Shown piece by piece: positions 1-8,639 of a DNA stretch of 38,673 nt. The notes beneath the pieces were generated by a model. It was not told the DNA's origin. It ran no database searches and worked only from the letters and a program-made list of their open reading frames with translations. Source of the stretch: Coprothermobacterota bacterium (GTDB lineage: Bacteria; Caldisericota; JANLFM01); the NCBI GenBank assembly GCA_026389415.1, contig JAPLHX010000190.1:1-38673 (forward strand). The letters are read 5' to 3'. Made by a program: the position numbers and the translations under genes. Position 1 is the stretch's first letter. Each line of letters opens with the position of its first letter.

Positions 1-1681
1 CATCCCGGATCATAGGGAGGATCAGGACCCCCGTCACATCTGGGAGCCGGGAACAGATGGACCGATAGGCTTGCTGGGCGCCATCGTCATCGCAGATATT
101 CAGAATCACTCCCCCGGATTCCGATTTGTGCAATATCTGGGGAGATACCACTTTCATCACCACCGGGTAGCCGATCTCCCGGCATGCCTGCAATGTCTGG
201 GACTCGTCTTTGGCGAAGCGAAACGGTGGAGTGGGGATTCCTTGTGCCGCCAACCATTGCATGGCCTGCGGTTCCAGAATCGGAGAAGCAGGCAAGGCCA
301 TTCCTGGTCGTTTTGGTTCCGGTAGAGGCCGCTTGCGTTCTCTCTGCTCTTCGTAGGAAACCATGCGGCCCAGCACGGTGATGGCTCGTTCCCCGGTGGA
401 AAAATGCGGGATGCCATGTTCTTGCAAGAAGGGCAGGCTGCCGGCGACAGTTTGTCCGGCCATGAAGTTCGTAACCAAAGGCTTGCCCGTCGTGTTAGCC
501 GCCGCCACAACCCCCCGGGCAAGCGCCAGCGAATCCAGGTAGGGGGTTCCCACATCGATGGCCAGCGCCGCGTCGTACCCCGACTCTCCTTCGAGCATGG
601 CAATCAGTGTGCGTCGATAGCCTTCCTCTGTTCCTTCCACCGTCAAGTCGATGGGGTTGCAGAACGCTCCATGCCCGGGTAAAAAACAGGCAAGCTTTTC
701 CTTGACGGCTGCATTGGGTTCCGCCACCTGTAAGCCCACGACCTCGGCTCGATCTGCAGCCAGCACACCCGGCCCACCGGAATTGGTCACGATGGCCAAT
801 CGGCGTCCTTTGATCGGTGGAAGGGAGACGAACCCCTTGCAAAGATCAAACATCTCTTCCACATTCGCTACCCGGATGGCTCCGCTCTGCTGGAAGACAG
901 CGTCATACACTTCATCGGATCCGGCCATGGATCCGGTATGAGACAACGTCGCACGCCGTCCGGCTTGGGAACGTCCGGCTTTGATCACCACCAAAGGCTT
1001 GGTCTTCGTCAATTCATGCACCGCTCGGCGGAAGCGATCGCCGTCGCGTACGCTTTCGATATAGAGAGCCACTACTTTGGTTTCGGGATCGAGAGTCAAA
1101 TACTCCAGTAGTTCCGTTTCCGCCAGGTCTGCTCCGTTGCCGTAGCTGGCAAATTTAGAAAATCCCAGCCCCTGCTCCTGGGCCCAGGAAAGTACCGCCC
1201 CTCCCAACGCTCCGCTTTGGGTGACCAAGGCGGTGGCACCCGGGGGGGGTCGGGTTTCCAGCGTAGGGAAAAGCTTGTGATGTGTGTTGGCAATGCCGGC
1301 GCAGTTCGGCCCCACAAAACGAATGCCATGATGACGGGCAATTCGCTTGATCTCCTCTTCCCCCACAGCATTTCCGGCCTCGGAGAAGCCGGAGGTGATG
1401 ATGACAGCCGCCTTGATCCCTGCCAGACCGCATTCCTCCAACACACCGGCGACGGTAGACGCGGGCGAAGCGATCACAGCCAAATCGACGGGATCGGGAA
1501 TGTCGCGGATGCGGGAAAACCCCGGCGCGGAAACTGCACCCTGGGCTTTGGGGTTAACGGCATAGACGGCAAAATAGCCTCCCGCCAGAAGTTGCTCGAT
1601 CAAAGCGTGGCCCAACTTGCCTTCAGCGGTGGAACCGATGACGGCTACGCCTTGCGGGTTGAACAAATGCTTCAGGCTCAA
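1..1681 (-). CDS. ADP-forming (NDP-forming) acyl-/acetyl-CoA synthetase, fused alpha-beta type; first 560 codons, C-terminus lies beyond the left window edge
   Basis: Absent from the ORF track because it has no stop inside the window. My reverse-strand translation from TTG 1681-1679 stays open for 560 codons to base 1. It reads LSLKHLFNPQGVAVIGSTAEGKLGHALIEQLL (CoA-binding start), FVGPNCAGIANTHHKLFPTLETRPPPGATALVTQSGALG, VIKAGRSQAGRRATLSHTGSMAGSDEVYDAVFQQSGAIRV and LAIVTNSGGPGVLAADRA, then the start of an ATP-grasp domain (IGYPVVMKVVSPQILHKSESGGV). An SD-like AGGGGAAG overlaps the iorB stop. Confidence 0.85.
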   Translation of the reverse strand, partial: MSLKHLFNPQGVAVIGSTAEGKLGHALIEQLLAGGYFAVYAVNPKAQGAVSAPGFSRIRDIPDPVDLAVIASPASTVAGVLEECGLAGIKAAVIITSGFSEAGNAVGEEEIKRIARHHGIRFVGPNCAGIANTHHKLFPTLETRPPPGATALVTQSGALGGAVLSWAQEQGLGFSKFASYGNGADLAETELLEYLTLDPETKVVALYIESVRDGDRFRRAVHELTKTKPLVVIKAGRSQAGRRATLSHTGSMAGSDEVYDAVFQQSGAIRVANVEEMFDLCKGFVSLPPIKGRRLAIVTNSGGPGVLAADRAEVVGLQVAEPNAAVKEKLACFLPGHGAFCNPIDLTVEGTEEGYRRTLIAMLEGESGYDAALAIDVGTPYLDSLALARGVVAAANTTGKPLVTNFMAGQTVAGSLPFLQEHGIPHFSTGERAITVLGRMVSYEEQRERKRPLPEPKRPGMALPASPILEPQAMQWLAAQGIPTPPFRFAKDESQTLQACREIGYPVVMKVVSPQILHKSESGGVILNICDDDGAQQAYRSICSRLPDVTGVLILPMIRD

Positions 1682-1692
1682 AGGTGCTTCCC

Positions 1693-2301
1693 CTAATCCC
1701 GGGGATATTCTGTTGCTTCCCGGCCGGCACGGAAGGCCAGGAGATTGCGTTCGATCCCTTTTTTCCAACGAGATTCAATCACCTTCTCCACTTGCTGAGC
1801 TGGAAGGATGGAACCCAAGGGCGTAGCGGCCAGCACAACACCTAGCACAAACAGGTTGTCCGATCCGGGTTGGCCTTGATCGGGCGGCAACTGCTCGGGA
1901 TGGAAGGTCAGCAAAGTACCTTCAGCTTTCGTTACTTGCTCCGCGACCGCCTCCAAGGATGGATAGGATGCCTGCCCCAGCATCACGGCGGTCGGTGCCC
2001 ATACGGAATCCCATAACAAGAAAACGCCTCCCGGTTTTAGAAAGCGGATGGCCTTCAGTGCCTCCGAGCGCTCCATGGCAATCACCAAATCCGCACTTCG
2101 CTCCGGAATGTTCGGTCCGATCGTTTCCCGTCCCAAACGGAGTTGCGCTTTGAAAAACCCGCCGCGTTGGGCCATGCCTTTGGTGGGGTAAAAATTCACC
2201 GGCCATCCTGATTGAAACGCAGCTTCACTGAGGATCTCTCCAATGGTTAAAACCCCTTGCCCTCCCACTCCCACCAAATAAATGTCATAGGAACGATCCA
2301 T
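1693..2301 (-). CDS. iorB: indolepyruvate:ferredoxin oxidoreductase, beta subunit
   Basis: ORF 1693-2439 trimmed to the internal ATG at 2301 (MDRSYDIYLVGVGGQGVLTIGEIL...). This ATG is preceded by GGAGGG and lies 2 nt after the iorA stop. The GVGGQG N-terminus and ~200-aa size fit IorB. Confidence 0.8.
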   Translation of the reverse strand: MDRSYDIYLVGVGGQGVLTIGEILSEAAFQSGWPVNFYPTKGMAQRGGFFKAQLRLGRETIGPNIPERSADLVIAMERSEALKAIRFLKPGGVFLLWDSVWAPTAVMLGQASYPSLEAVAEQVTKAEGTLLTFHPEQLPPDQGQPGSDNLFVLGVVLAATPLGSILPAQQVEKVIESRWKKGIERNLLAFRAGREATEYPRD

Positions 2302-2303
2302 GT

Positions 2304-4175
2304 CTATCCCTCCTGCCGTACAATGGCTTCTCTGGCGCAAATCTGCGCACAGAGCGCACAACCGTTGCAGAGAGCCTGGTCGATCACAATGGAGTTTTCC
2401 GTCAGACTGATGGCCGGGCAGCCAGTGGTAGTAATGCATAGCTTACAAAGGTTGCAGTTTTCCGCTTGTTGCCGCACACGTCCTGCTCGGCCGGTCCGGC
2501 GGAGGGACTGGATGGCGCATTCCCGACGGGCAAGGATCACTTTCACCCCGGCTCGGGGTAAGGCATCGATCAGCGCTTCGGTGGTTGCCTTCAGGTCGTA
2601 GGGATCTACCTGAAAGAACCAATCGACACCGAGCATGGGGATGATCTGAGCCAGGTCTAGCCGATGTCCACCCGATTGGGCGCCAATTGCCGTTCCCGGG
2701 TTAACCTGCATCCCGGTCATCGCCGTCCAGCCGTTATCGAGAATGATCAGGGTCAGAGATGCTTGATGCTGCACGGCATTGATCAGACTTGGTATTCCAG
2801 CGTGGAAGAACGTGGAATCGCCAATGGTGGCAATCACCGGAGTTGCAACCCCAGACCAGACATACCCTTGTGCCAGTCCCAAACTGGCTCCCATCGACAC
2901 CTCGTTCCAGACGGTATTAAACGGTGGATTCATCCCCAGGATGGTACAACCGATATCTCCCGTGACCATCACCGCATCTTTTTTCAGCTTCAGCTTGCGG
3001 ATCGCTTGGTTGATCGCGATGTACGTCCCCCGGTGTGGGCATCCGGCGCAGACGGTGATCGGTCTTGGAGCGGCCATGCTATCAGCGGCCAAACCGGAAA
3101 AAAGCGAATCGGAAAGTGGGATGTTTAGAGCTTGCGCCAAACCCTTTACTACCTCCCGCGTGCCATACTCCCCTACCCGGCTGAGGTTGCCGTCGAGCTT
3201 GCCCCGGATCAGTCCAGGGAATTTAGACCGGCGAGCGGCCACGATCAAGGCGGTTTCGATGTAAGGCTCCAGCTCCTCCAGCACCAAGATCTGGTCGCAA
3301 TGATCGAACAACGTTTTTACTTCCTGCTCGGGGAACGGATGGGTAGATACCAGCTTCAGCACAGAGATCCCGCTTCGATCTAGGTTGAATGGTTGCAGGG
3401 CAACCATTGCTTCCTCCAGATAGGAGGCAGTCAGACCGCAGACGATTACCCCTAATCCTCTTTTTGGCGCGACCAGAAGTTGGTTGATTCCCATTTCGCG
3501 AATCACTTCTTCCGCCTTACTCAACCGTTGGATCAAGTCACGATGCTGGGCCAAGCAGATCGCGGCTCCGGCCTTGGTATATTTGGCGATATCGCGGATC
3601 AATTGAGGCTCTCGCCGCAGGGGAGTGAATTCGGTTTGCACTTCCACCGCAGCATGGGAATGGGAAAGCGCAGTCACCATCCGGACGAAAACGGGCGTAC
3701 CTGCCTTTTCTGATAACTCAAAGGCCTTTGGAATCAATCGGTAAGCCTCTTCGACGGTGGACGGCTCCAGCATTGGTAAATCCGCCATCAAAGCAAAACC
3801 GCGGGAATCCTGCTCGGCCATGCCAGCCGTGACGCCCGGGTCATCAGCTACATAGACCACCAGTCCTCCCGTACAACCAGAGTATGCGAAAGAAATCAGG
3901 GAATCATAAGCCACGTTCAATCCGGACATCTTCATCGTGGCTAGCGCCCGTTGACCGGCCCAAGCTGCGCCGGCTGCAATCTCCAGCGCGACTTTTTCAT
4001 TTGTGCTCCACTCCACGTGCACCCCGGGCAACGGGTTTCGCAGCAAATAGCCGATGGCCTCGGAGGAGGGAGTACCTGGATATCCCGTAATCACGCTTGC
4101 TCCTCCCACCAAAGCCCCTAATGCAAGCGCTTCGTTCCCGCTGATGATCTGTTTGTGTAGCACTATGCTCTCCAT
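2304..4175 (-). CDS. iorA: indolepyruvate:ferredoxin oxidoreductase, alpha subunit (TPP and 2x[4Fe-4S])
   Basis: 623 aa with PFOR/TPP-type blocks (GYPGTPSSE, GDIGCT, IGDSTFFHAGIP). The C-terminal ferredoxin-like motif pair is CNLCKLCITTTGCPA...CNGCALCAQIC. It is immediately followed by iorB. Confidence 0.85.
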   Translation of the reverse strand: MESIVLHKQIISGNEALALGALVGGASVITGYPGTPSSEAIGYLLRNPLPGVHVEWSTNEKVALEIAAGAAWAGQRALATMKMSGLNVAYDSLISFAYSGCTGGLVVYVADDPGVTAGMAEQDSRGFALMADLPMLEPSTVEEAYRLIPKAFELSEKAGTPVFVRMVTALSHSHAAVEVQTEFTPLRREPQLIRDIAKYTKAGAAICLAQHRDLIQRLSKAEEVIREMGINQLLVAPKRGLGVIVCGLTASYLEEAMVALQPFNLDRSGISVLKLVSTHPFPEQEVKTLFDHCDQILVLEELEPYIETALIVAARRSKFPGLIRGKLDGNLSRVGEYGTREVVKGLAQALNIPLSDSLFSGLAADSMAAPRPITVCAGCPHRGTYIAINQAIRKLKLKKDAVMVTGDIGCTILGMNPPFNTVWNEVSMGASLGLAQGYVWSGVATPVIATIGDSTFFHAGIPSLINAVQHQASLTLIILDNGWTAMTGMQVNPGTAIGAQSGGHRLDLAQIIPMLGVDWFFQVDPYDLKATTEALIDALPRAGVKVILARRECAIQSLRRTGRAGRVRQQAENCNLCKLCITTTGCPAISLTENSIVIDQALCNGCALCAQICAREAIVRQEG

Positions 4176-4771
4176 TCCCGCTAATCCCTTGGAAGAATTT
4201 GCTTTAGCTCTCTGGGAATCATATCGGATTTATCCTGCGGTGTGAAAAGGTAATGCAAGGAATTCTAGCGCTTAGATCACGGTTTTCTCCCATCACGTTC
4301 TGCACTTCACCTTTGCAGAAGTGACGGCTACCCGGTTTGGTTCCTTCAGCCGGTCGAAGCAAAACGTGCGGATGGATGTGGCAATCCCACAAGTGACTTT
4401 TTCGCTCCGTAGATTGTACAATGCAGCGAAGAAAAACGAAGCTAGGTCTCTAGGATGCAAAGATGCAAACCGTAGCTACCCGGCCATGGTACTTTTGAGA
4501 GTAAAGCAAGAAATGCGATAGAGTGCATCCCGGCCCGAGGCTCTTCCATGATAAAGAACTGCAACGGGAAGGAGCGGCTGGCAGCGGGGTGGTGTCGAGG
4601 GGAAAGTGGTTTAAACGAATGCGCCGAGCTTTTCGCAGAGAACATGTATGTAGTTACCTCCGATGGCCACTTCACCAGGTTTGAAAAGAATACTCAGTTT
4701 GGAGTGATACCCTGAACCAATGTTGTCTATTCTAGAGCCTTGTTGCAGGTTTCACTCACAAACAAAATGGC

Positions 4772-5437
4772 TCATCCCAATGCGGCGTCCGCGATCCCTT
4801 CCTCGGCATAGTATGGATTATTGGAAGCTTTTCTCCAGGGGTTGGATGTGAAAGCGATCCTTATTGATTCTCCAAGCGCATGGATCGCGGATTCCCATGC
4901 ATGGTGCGGATCTCGACCTTTTAAGAAATCCATATGGACCGAAGCCGGGAAACCTTGAAAAAATCCCTCGACAAAGGAAAACATGTCCTGAAAATTCATA
5001 TCTTCAACAAGCTCAACTCTAGCTCCCGGACAGTCTGGGTAAATTGAGAAGAAAGTATGCCTTCTCCCTTCCACGTTCACCATGACTCTTGCAAGAGACT
5101 CGTCTAAGCCAAAAACAGCTGAGCCCGTGAGATTGATGCCAGAATCCTGGATTTTTTTGGTAAAAAAGCTCTTCAAACCTGTCCCGATTGTTATACCCAC
5201 ATCTTCTGCAATCGTGTGAGTGGATCTCCATCTGCCAGTCTCAACCTGACATCCGATGGATATGCAAGATCCCCAGGAAAATGTGTAGATCATGTGATCC
5301 AAGAAGTTGAGGGTGGTATCTATCTTGAGTTTTTTAAAGACTGTGGAGAGTTCAACGATGATCTTCAGTTCGTGAGTCTCTTTTTTTAATTTTAAATAGT
5401 TCTCTGTCTCTTCAATACGGGTAAACAGCTTAGTCAT
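4772..5437 (-). CDS. divergent imidazoleglycerol-phosphate dehydratase (HisB/IGPD)-like protein
   Basis: 221 aa and colinear with the IGPD fold motifs: LNFLDHM (FxDHM), THTIAEDVGITIG (cf. DDHHTVEDxGIALG), GLDESLARVMVNVEGR (cf. PMDExLAxxxxDxSGR) and GRDPHHAWESAIHALGESIR (cf. NxHHxxEAxFKAxxRAL). Two expected metal-ligand His positions appear substituted (see findings). The gene is visibly AT-richer than its neighbours. Confidence 0.65.
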   Translation of the reverse strand: MTKLFTRIEETENYLKLKKETHELKIIVELSTVFKKLKIDTTLNFLDHMIYTFSWGSCISIGCQVETGRWRSTHTIAEDVGITIGTGLKSFFTKKIQDSGINLTGSAVFGLDESLARVMVNVEGRRHTFFSIYPDCPGARVELVEDMNFQDMFSFVEGFFQGFPASVHMDFLKGRDPHHAWESAIHALGESIRIAFTSNPWRKASNNPYYAEEGIADAALG

Positions 5438-5654
5438 GATGTCTCCTTCTATATGTATTGGGTTAAAGCCAACCCGTTCCCAGGGCAGAAAGTTGTAAAC
5501 TGGCTACCTTCCGGGAATCTATATATTCTGGTTATTATCGTATCACTGATCAGGACTTATCGACTACGTTATGGCACTGGTCTGAGAAAAAATGCGGAGT
5601 TGTGCGGCAGTCTCCTGTGCAGTGGCGATATCATAAATTGGGATACACTTGATC

Positions 5655-6374
5655 ATGGCACACTTTTTGTTGATTCACGGGGCATGGCATGGTGGTTGGT
5701 GTTGGGAAGGAGTCATCCAGTGGTTAGCCAAGGCAGGGTATTCGGCCGAAGCACCCACGCTGCCTGGTCACTCGCCCGGTGATAGGCGAGCTGACATAAC
5801 CTTCCAGGTGTACGTAGACTTCCTCGTGGATACCCTATCTCGCCAACGGTCTCCGGTAATATTGGTGGGGCATTCTAGCGCAGGTCTCTTGCTCCAGGCG
5901 GCGGCACCCCAGGTGGCAATAAACATCGAGCGGCTGGTTTTTCACAATGCAGTTGTTGTCGGTGTCGGCCAGCGACAATTTGACGTCGTGCCGCCCGAAG
6001 AAGAGGCTTGGATGACAGCAGCGGCAAATGCCACCTTTGATCGGACAATCCCCGTGATGGAATCTTTCCTCGGATCTCTACTAGAACCGGATGACATCCC
6101 TTCGTTTCGTGAAACCTTGCTTCCTCGTCTTGTACCGCAACCATTGGCCCTTTTTGATTCACCGGTCGATACAAACCTATTTGATAGGCTGGTCATTTCA
6201 AAAACCGTTCTTTATGCCAGGGACGAAGCATCTTTTCCTTCGGGCTCGATCTTGGCAATGGCTCAGCGGCTAGGTCAGTACGAATTGGTGGAGATTGCGG
6301 GCGGTCATGAGGTGCTATTTACTCGACCAGAGGTTGTCGCCCAGGCGTTGATCCGTATTGCAGGAACTGGATAG
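5655..6374 (+). CDS. alpha/beta hydrolase (esterase, methylesterase/SABP2-like family)
   Basis: MAHFLLIHGAWHGGWCWEGV N-terminus, nucleophile elbow LVGHSSAG, and a C-terminal IAGGHEVLF that probably holds the catalytic His. The start is set at ATG 5655; TTG 5649 is an alternative. Confidence 0.7.
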   Translation: MAHFLLIHGAWHGGWCWEGVIQWLAKAGYSAEAPTLPGHSPGDRRADITFQVYVDFLVDTLSRQRSPVILVGHSSAGLLLQAAAPQVAINIERLVFHNAVVVGVGQRQFDVVPPEEEAWMTAAANATFDRTIPVMESFLGSLLEPDDIPSFRETLLPRLVPQPLALFDSPVDTNLFDRLVISKTVLYARDEASFPSGSILAMAQRLGQYELVEIAGGHEVLFTRPEVVAQALIRIAGTG

Positions 6375-6375
6375 G

Positions 6376-7638
6376 ATGACTAACCCAATCAATCAGTCTT
6401 ATTTCCTGCCATTTGGCGCTGGGCAACTTTCGGTGGAATTGAACCATCGCCGGGTTTGTTTGCTTACGCCAGCAAAACTACCTCCACTGCAAAGCCCGTA
6501 TAGCGCAATAATGGCCACACTGAACAACCCGCATGGCAGCAAACCCTTATCTCAGCTGCTTTCCGATCACAGCCGAATTGCAATCATCGTAAATGACCAT
6601 ACTCGCCCAACACCCACTCGGCTGCTACTTTCTCCAATTCTGGATCTGCTGTCACAAGTTGGCATCCCAGATCACAGTATTTCCATCGTTTTTGCCCTCG
6701 GTGCTCATGAACCACTAGCGCCTGACCAGATGGCCAGCATTGTTGGCCTTACTGCCTATTCCCGATTCACCTGTGAAAACAGTGGCGCTCGCGGATTCGT
6801 GCAGATGGGTCAAACACTGCGTGGTACACCAGTGGAAATTGATCGCAGCGTTGTCGAAGCGGACTTTGTTATCGCAACGGGCGAAGTGGAACTGCATTTT
6901 TTCGCAGGATATAGCGGAGGAGCCAAGGCTATAGTACCCGGTGTAAGTTCTTTTCGAGCAATCACCGCAAATCATTCCTTGTTGAAAAATCCTAATGCTA
7001 CCAGCGGTGAAATTGACGAGAATCCGGTTCGCTTGGATTTGGAGGAAGCTGCCGATCTTGTTCCTCATCTGTTCTGTTTAAACGTTGTATTGGATGAGCA
7101 TCAGCAGATCGTTGCCTGCGCCTCTGGGGATCATCGGTTGGCTCATCGGGTAGCAGTGTCGATCGTTGATCAAATGTATAAGAGACCTCTGACCGAAGCC
7201 GCAGCCGTCGTTATTGCCTCCGGGGGTGGTTGGCCCCGGGATATCAACCTCTACCAAGCGCAAAAGGCGTTGGAGCATGCATGCAAGGCCGTTAAGCCTG
7301 GTGGAACCATCATTTTACTCGCAGCTTGTTCCAATGGATTGGGAAATCCCGCCATGGAGCGGTGGTTTCAAGAAGTCCGGTCGCCGGAAGAGTGCATCCG
7401 TCGCCTGACTTGTAATTTTGAACTTGGCGGCTACAGCGCCGCTGGGTTTGCTCGTCTTTCGCGTCAAGCCCACATCTTTTTGTATTCTGAACTAGCGCCA
7501 AATCAAGCCAAGCTTGCTTTTATGCAATCCATTCGAAACTTACAGGACACTATAGAAAAAGCTTTGTCTGCTCATCCAAACGAATTGGTCGTGGTGATGC
7601 CTTTTGCCAGCGCCACTCTGCCGATCCTGCTTCGTTAG
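6376..7638 (+). CDS. LarA-family nickel-pincer-nucleotide (NPN) dependent 2-hydroxyacid racemase/epimerase homologue
   Basis: ORF 6358-7638 trimmed to ATG 6376, 1 nt after the upstream stop. LarA signature blocks are present: IIVNDHTRPTP, FALGAHEP (His), GEVELHFFAGYSGGAKAIVPG (His plus the Lys that tethers NPN) and ITANHSL (His). Confidence 0.75.
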   Translation: MTNPINQSYFLPFGAGQLSVELNHRRVCLLTPAKLPPLQSPYSAIMATLNNPHGSKPLSQLLSDHSRIAIIVNDHTRPTPTRLLLSPILDLLSQVGIPDHSISIVFALGAHEPLAPDQMASIVGLTAYSRFTCENSGARGFVQMGQTLRGTPVEIDRSVVEADFVIATGEVELHFFAGYSGGAKAIVPGVSSFRAITANHSLLKNPNATSGEIDENPVRLDLEEAADLVPHLFCLNVVLDEHQQIVACASGDHRLAHRVAVSIVDQMYKRPLTEAAAVVIASGGGWPRDINLYQAQKALEHACKAVKPGGTIILLAACSNGLGNPAMERWFQEVRSPEECIRRLTCNFELGGYSAAGFARLSRQAHIFLYSELAPNQAKLAFMQSIRNLQDTIEKALSAHPNELVVVMPFASATLPILLR

Positions 7639-7740
7639 GGGGTTCGTTTCAAAGAAGACTATTGCATCGCCAATCCGGTTTCCAGCGGAAGCAGTATCGT
7701 CATGCTATAGACCCTTAACCCAGCGCGTCTGGGAATCGTG

Positions 7741-8574
7741 TCACCAACTTCTGGGCATTGTTGCGTCACAAATCAATTTGTATAGTTCCGGCCGCCGATC
7801 CGTAAGGATAGGATAATCTGCCTGCCGAAGTGCCTGCGTCAAATCCAGGGCAATTTCAGCGGTAATATAGCCCTCCACCTCTTCATCAAGCTTGGCAATC
7901 ACTCGACCTTTGGGATCAACGATTCGACTGTGACCAAAATACTCTAGCTTCACGTCATGCCCAATGCGGTTGGCTCCGATCAGAAATAGGGTATTATCAA
8001 ACGCTCTGGCGGAGGTCATTAAATCCCAATCGTCTTCATAGGGTTTGTCGTAAGATGTTGGAACTGCGAGTATGTCCGCTCCTTGCAAGGCATAAACTCT
8101 AGCGGGTTCGGCAAAGGCACAATCCCAGCAAATCAGGATCCCAATTTTCCCTAGAGTCGTCGAGAAGATGGGGAAACCATTGCCTGGCTGGAACCACTTC
8201 TTTTCCTCGCCGTAAAGATGAACTTTTCGATATGTACCCAGCAATTGTCCACTGTCCGCTATCATAGCGGCCGCATTGTAGAGAATCTCGTTCTGGGGAT
8301 CTTTTTCTGGAAATCCAAAGATAATATGGACACGGTTTTCCCGGCAAATGCTAGACATCAGTTGAATCGTTTCTGAGTCATGCACTGTCTCGGCAAGATT
8401 TTGAAATTGTTCCGCACATTCCAGGCCGGTTGTACATAGTTCGGGCATCACAATCAGGCGAACGTCAGGATACAGCTCCAGTAATTCCGAACATAAACGG
8501 GCCATAAGTGCACGGTTATAATCTAATCCGTATAGACGCGGCTGAAATTGGAGTGCTGCTACACGAATGTTCAT
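7741..8574 (-). CDS. carbon-nitrogen hydrolase (nitrilase superfamily amidase/amidohydrolase)
   Basis: 277 aa with the Glu-Lys-Cys triad context: IVMPELCTTG (Glu), YRKVHLY (Lys), GILICWDCAFAE (Cys). A strong SD (AAGGAGG) sits upstream of ATG 8574. Confidence 0.8.
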   Translation of the reverse strand: MNIRVAALQFQPRLYGLDYNRALMARLCSELLELYPDVRLIVMPELCTTGLECAEQFQNLAETVHDSETIQLMSSICRENRVHIIFGFPEKDPQNEILYNAAAMIADSGQLLGTYRKVHLYGEEKKWFQPGNGFPIFSTTLGKIGILICWDCAFAEPARVYALQGADILAVPTSYDKPYEDDWDLMTSARAFDNTLFLIGANRIGHDVKLEYFGHSRIVDPKGRVIAKLDEEVEGYITAEIALDLTQALRQADYPILTDRRPELYKLICDATMPRSW

Positions 8575-8639
8575 TATCTGCCTCCTTTTTTACCGCCCTT
8601 TGATTGAGAGAAGGTGCATTATTCTCAAATTCATAGGGC

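Noticed and set aside
1242-1249. G8 homopolymer (C8 on the coding strand) inside the acyl-CoA synthetase gene as a possible slipped-strand phase-variation or frameshift site
   Set aside because: The reading frame is intact across it. It encodes the conserved-looking TRPPPGATALVTQSG segment, and nothing suggests a switch. I note it only as a place where sequencing errors would matter.
1217-1696. 159-aa plus-strand ORF and other 60-150-aa ORFs listed between 71 and 1826
   Set aside because: All of them lie antisense or out of frame within the unlisted but clearly coding minus-strand acyl-CoA synthetase gene.
4321-4675. 66-aa (+) and 77-aa (-) ORFs in the 600-nt gap
   Set aside because: They overlap each other on opposite strands and have no SD sequence or recognisable motif. 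I did not call either as a gene, and the region is reported as a non-coding gap instead.
5453-5782. 109-aa plus-strand ORF spanning the divergent promoter region and the start of the esterase gene
   Set aside because: It overlaps the well-supported esterase CDS in another frame. It has no SD sequence, and its product is a hydrophobic, low-complexity sequence with no motif.
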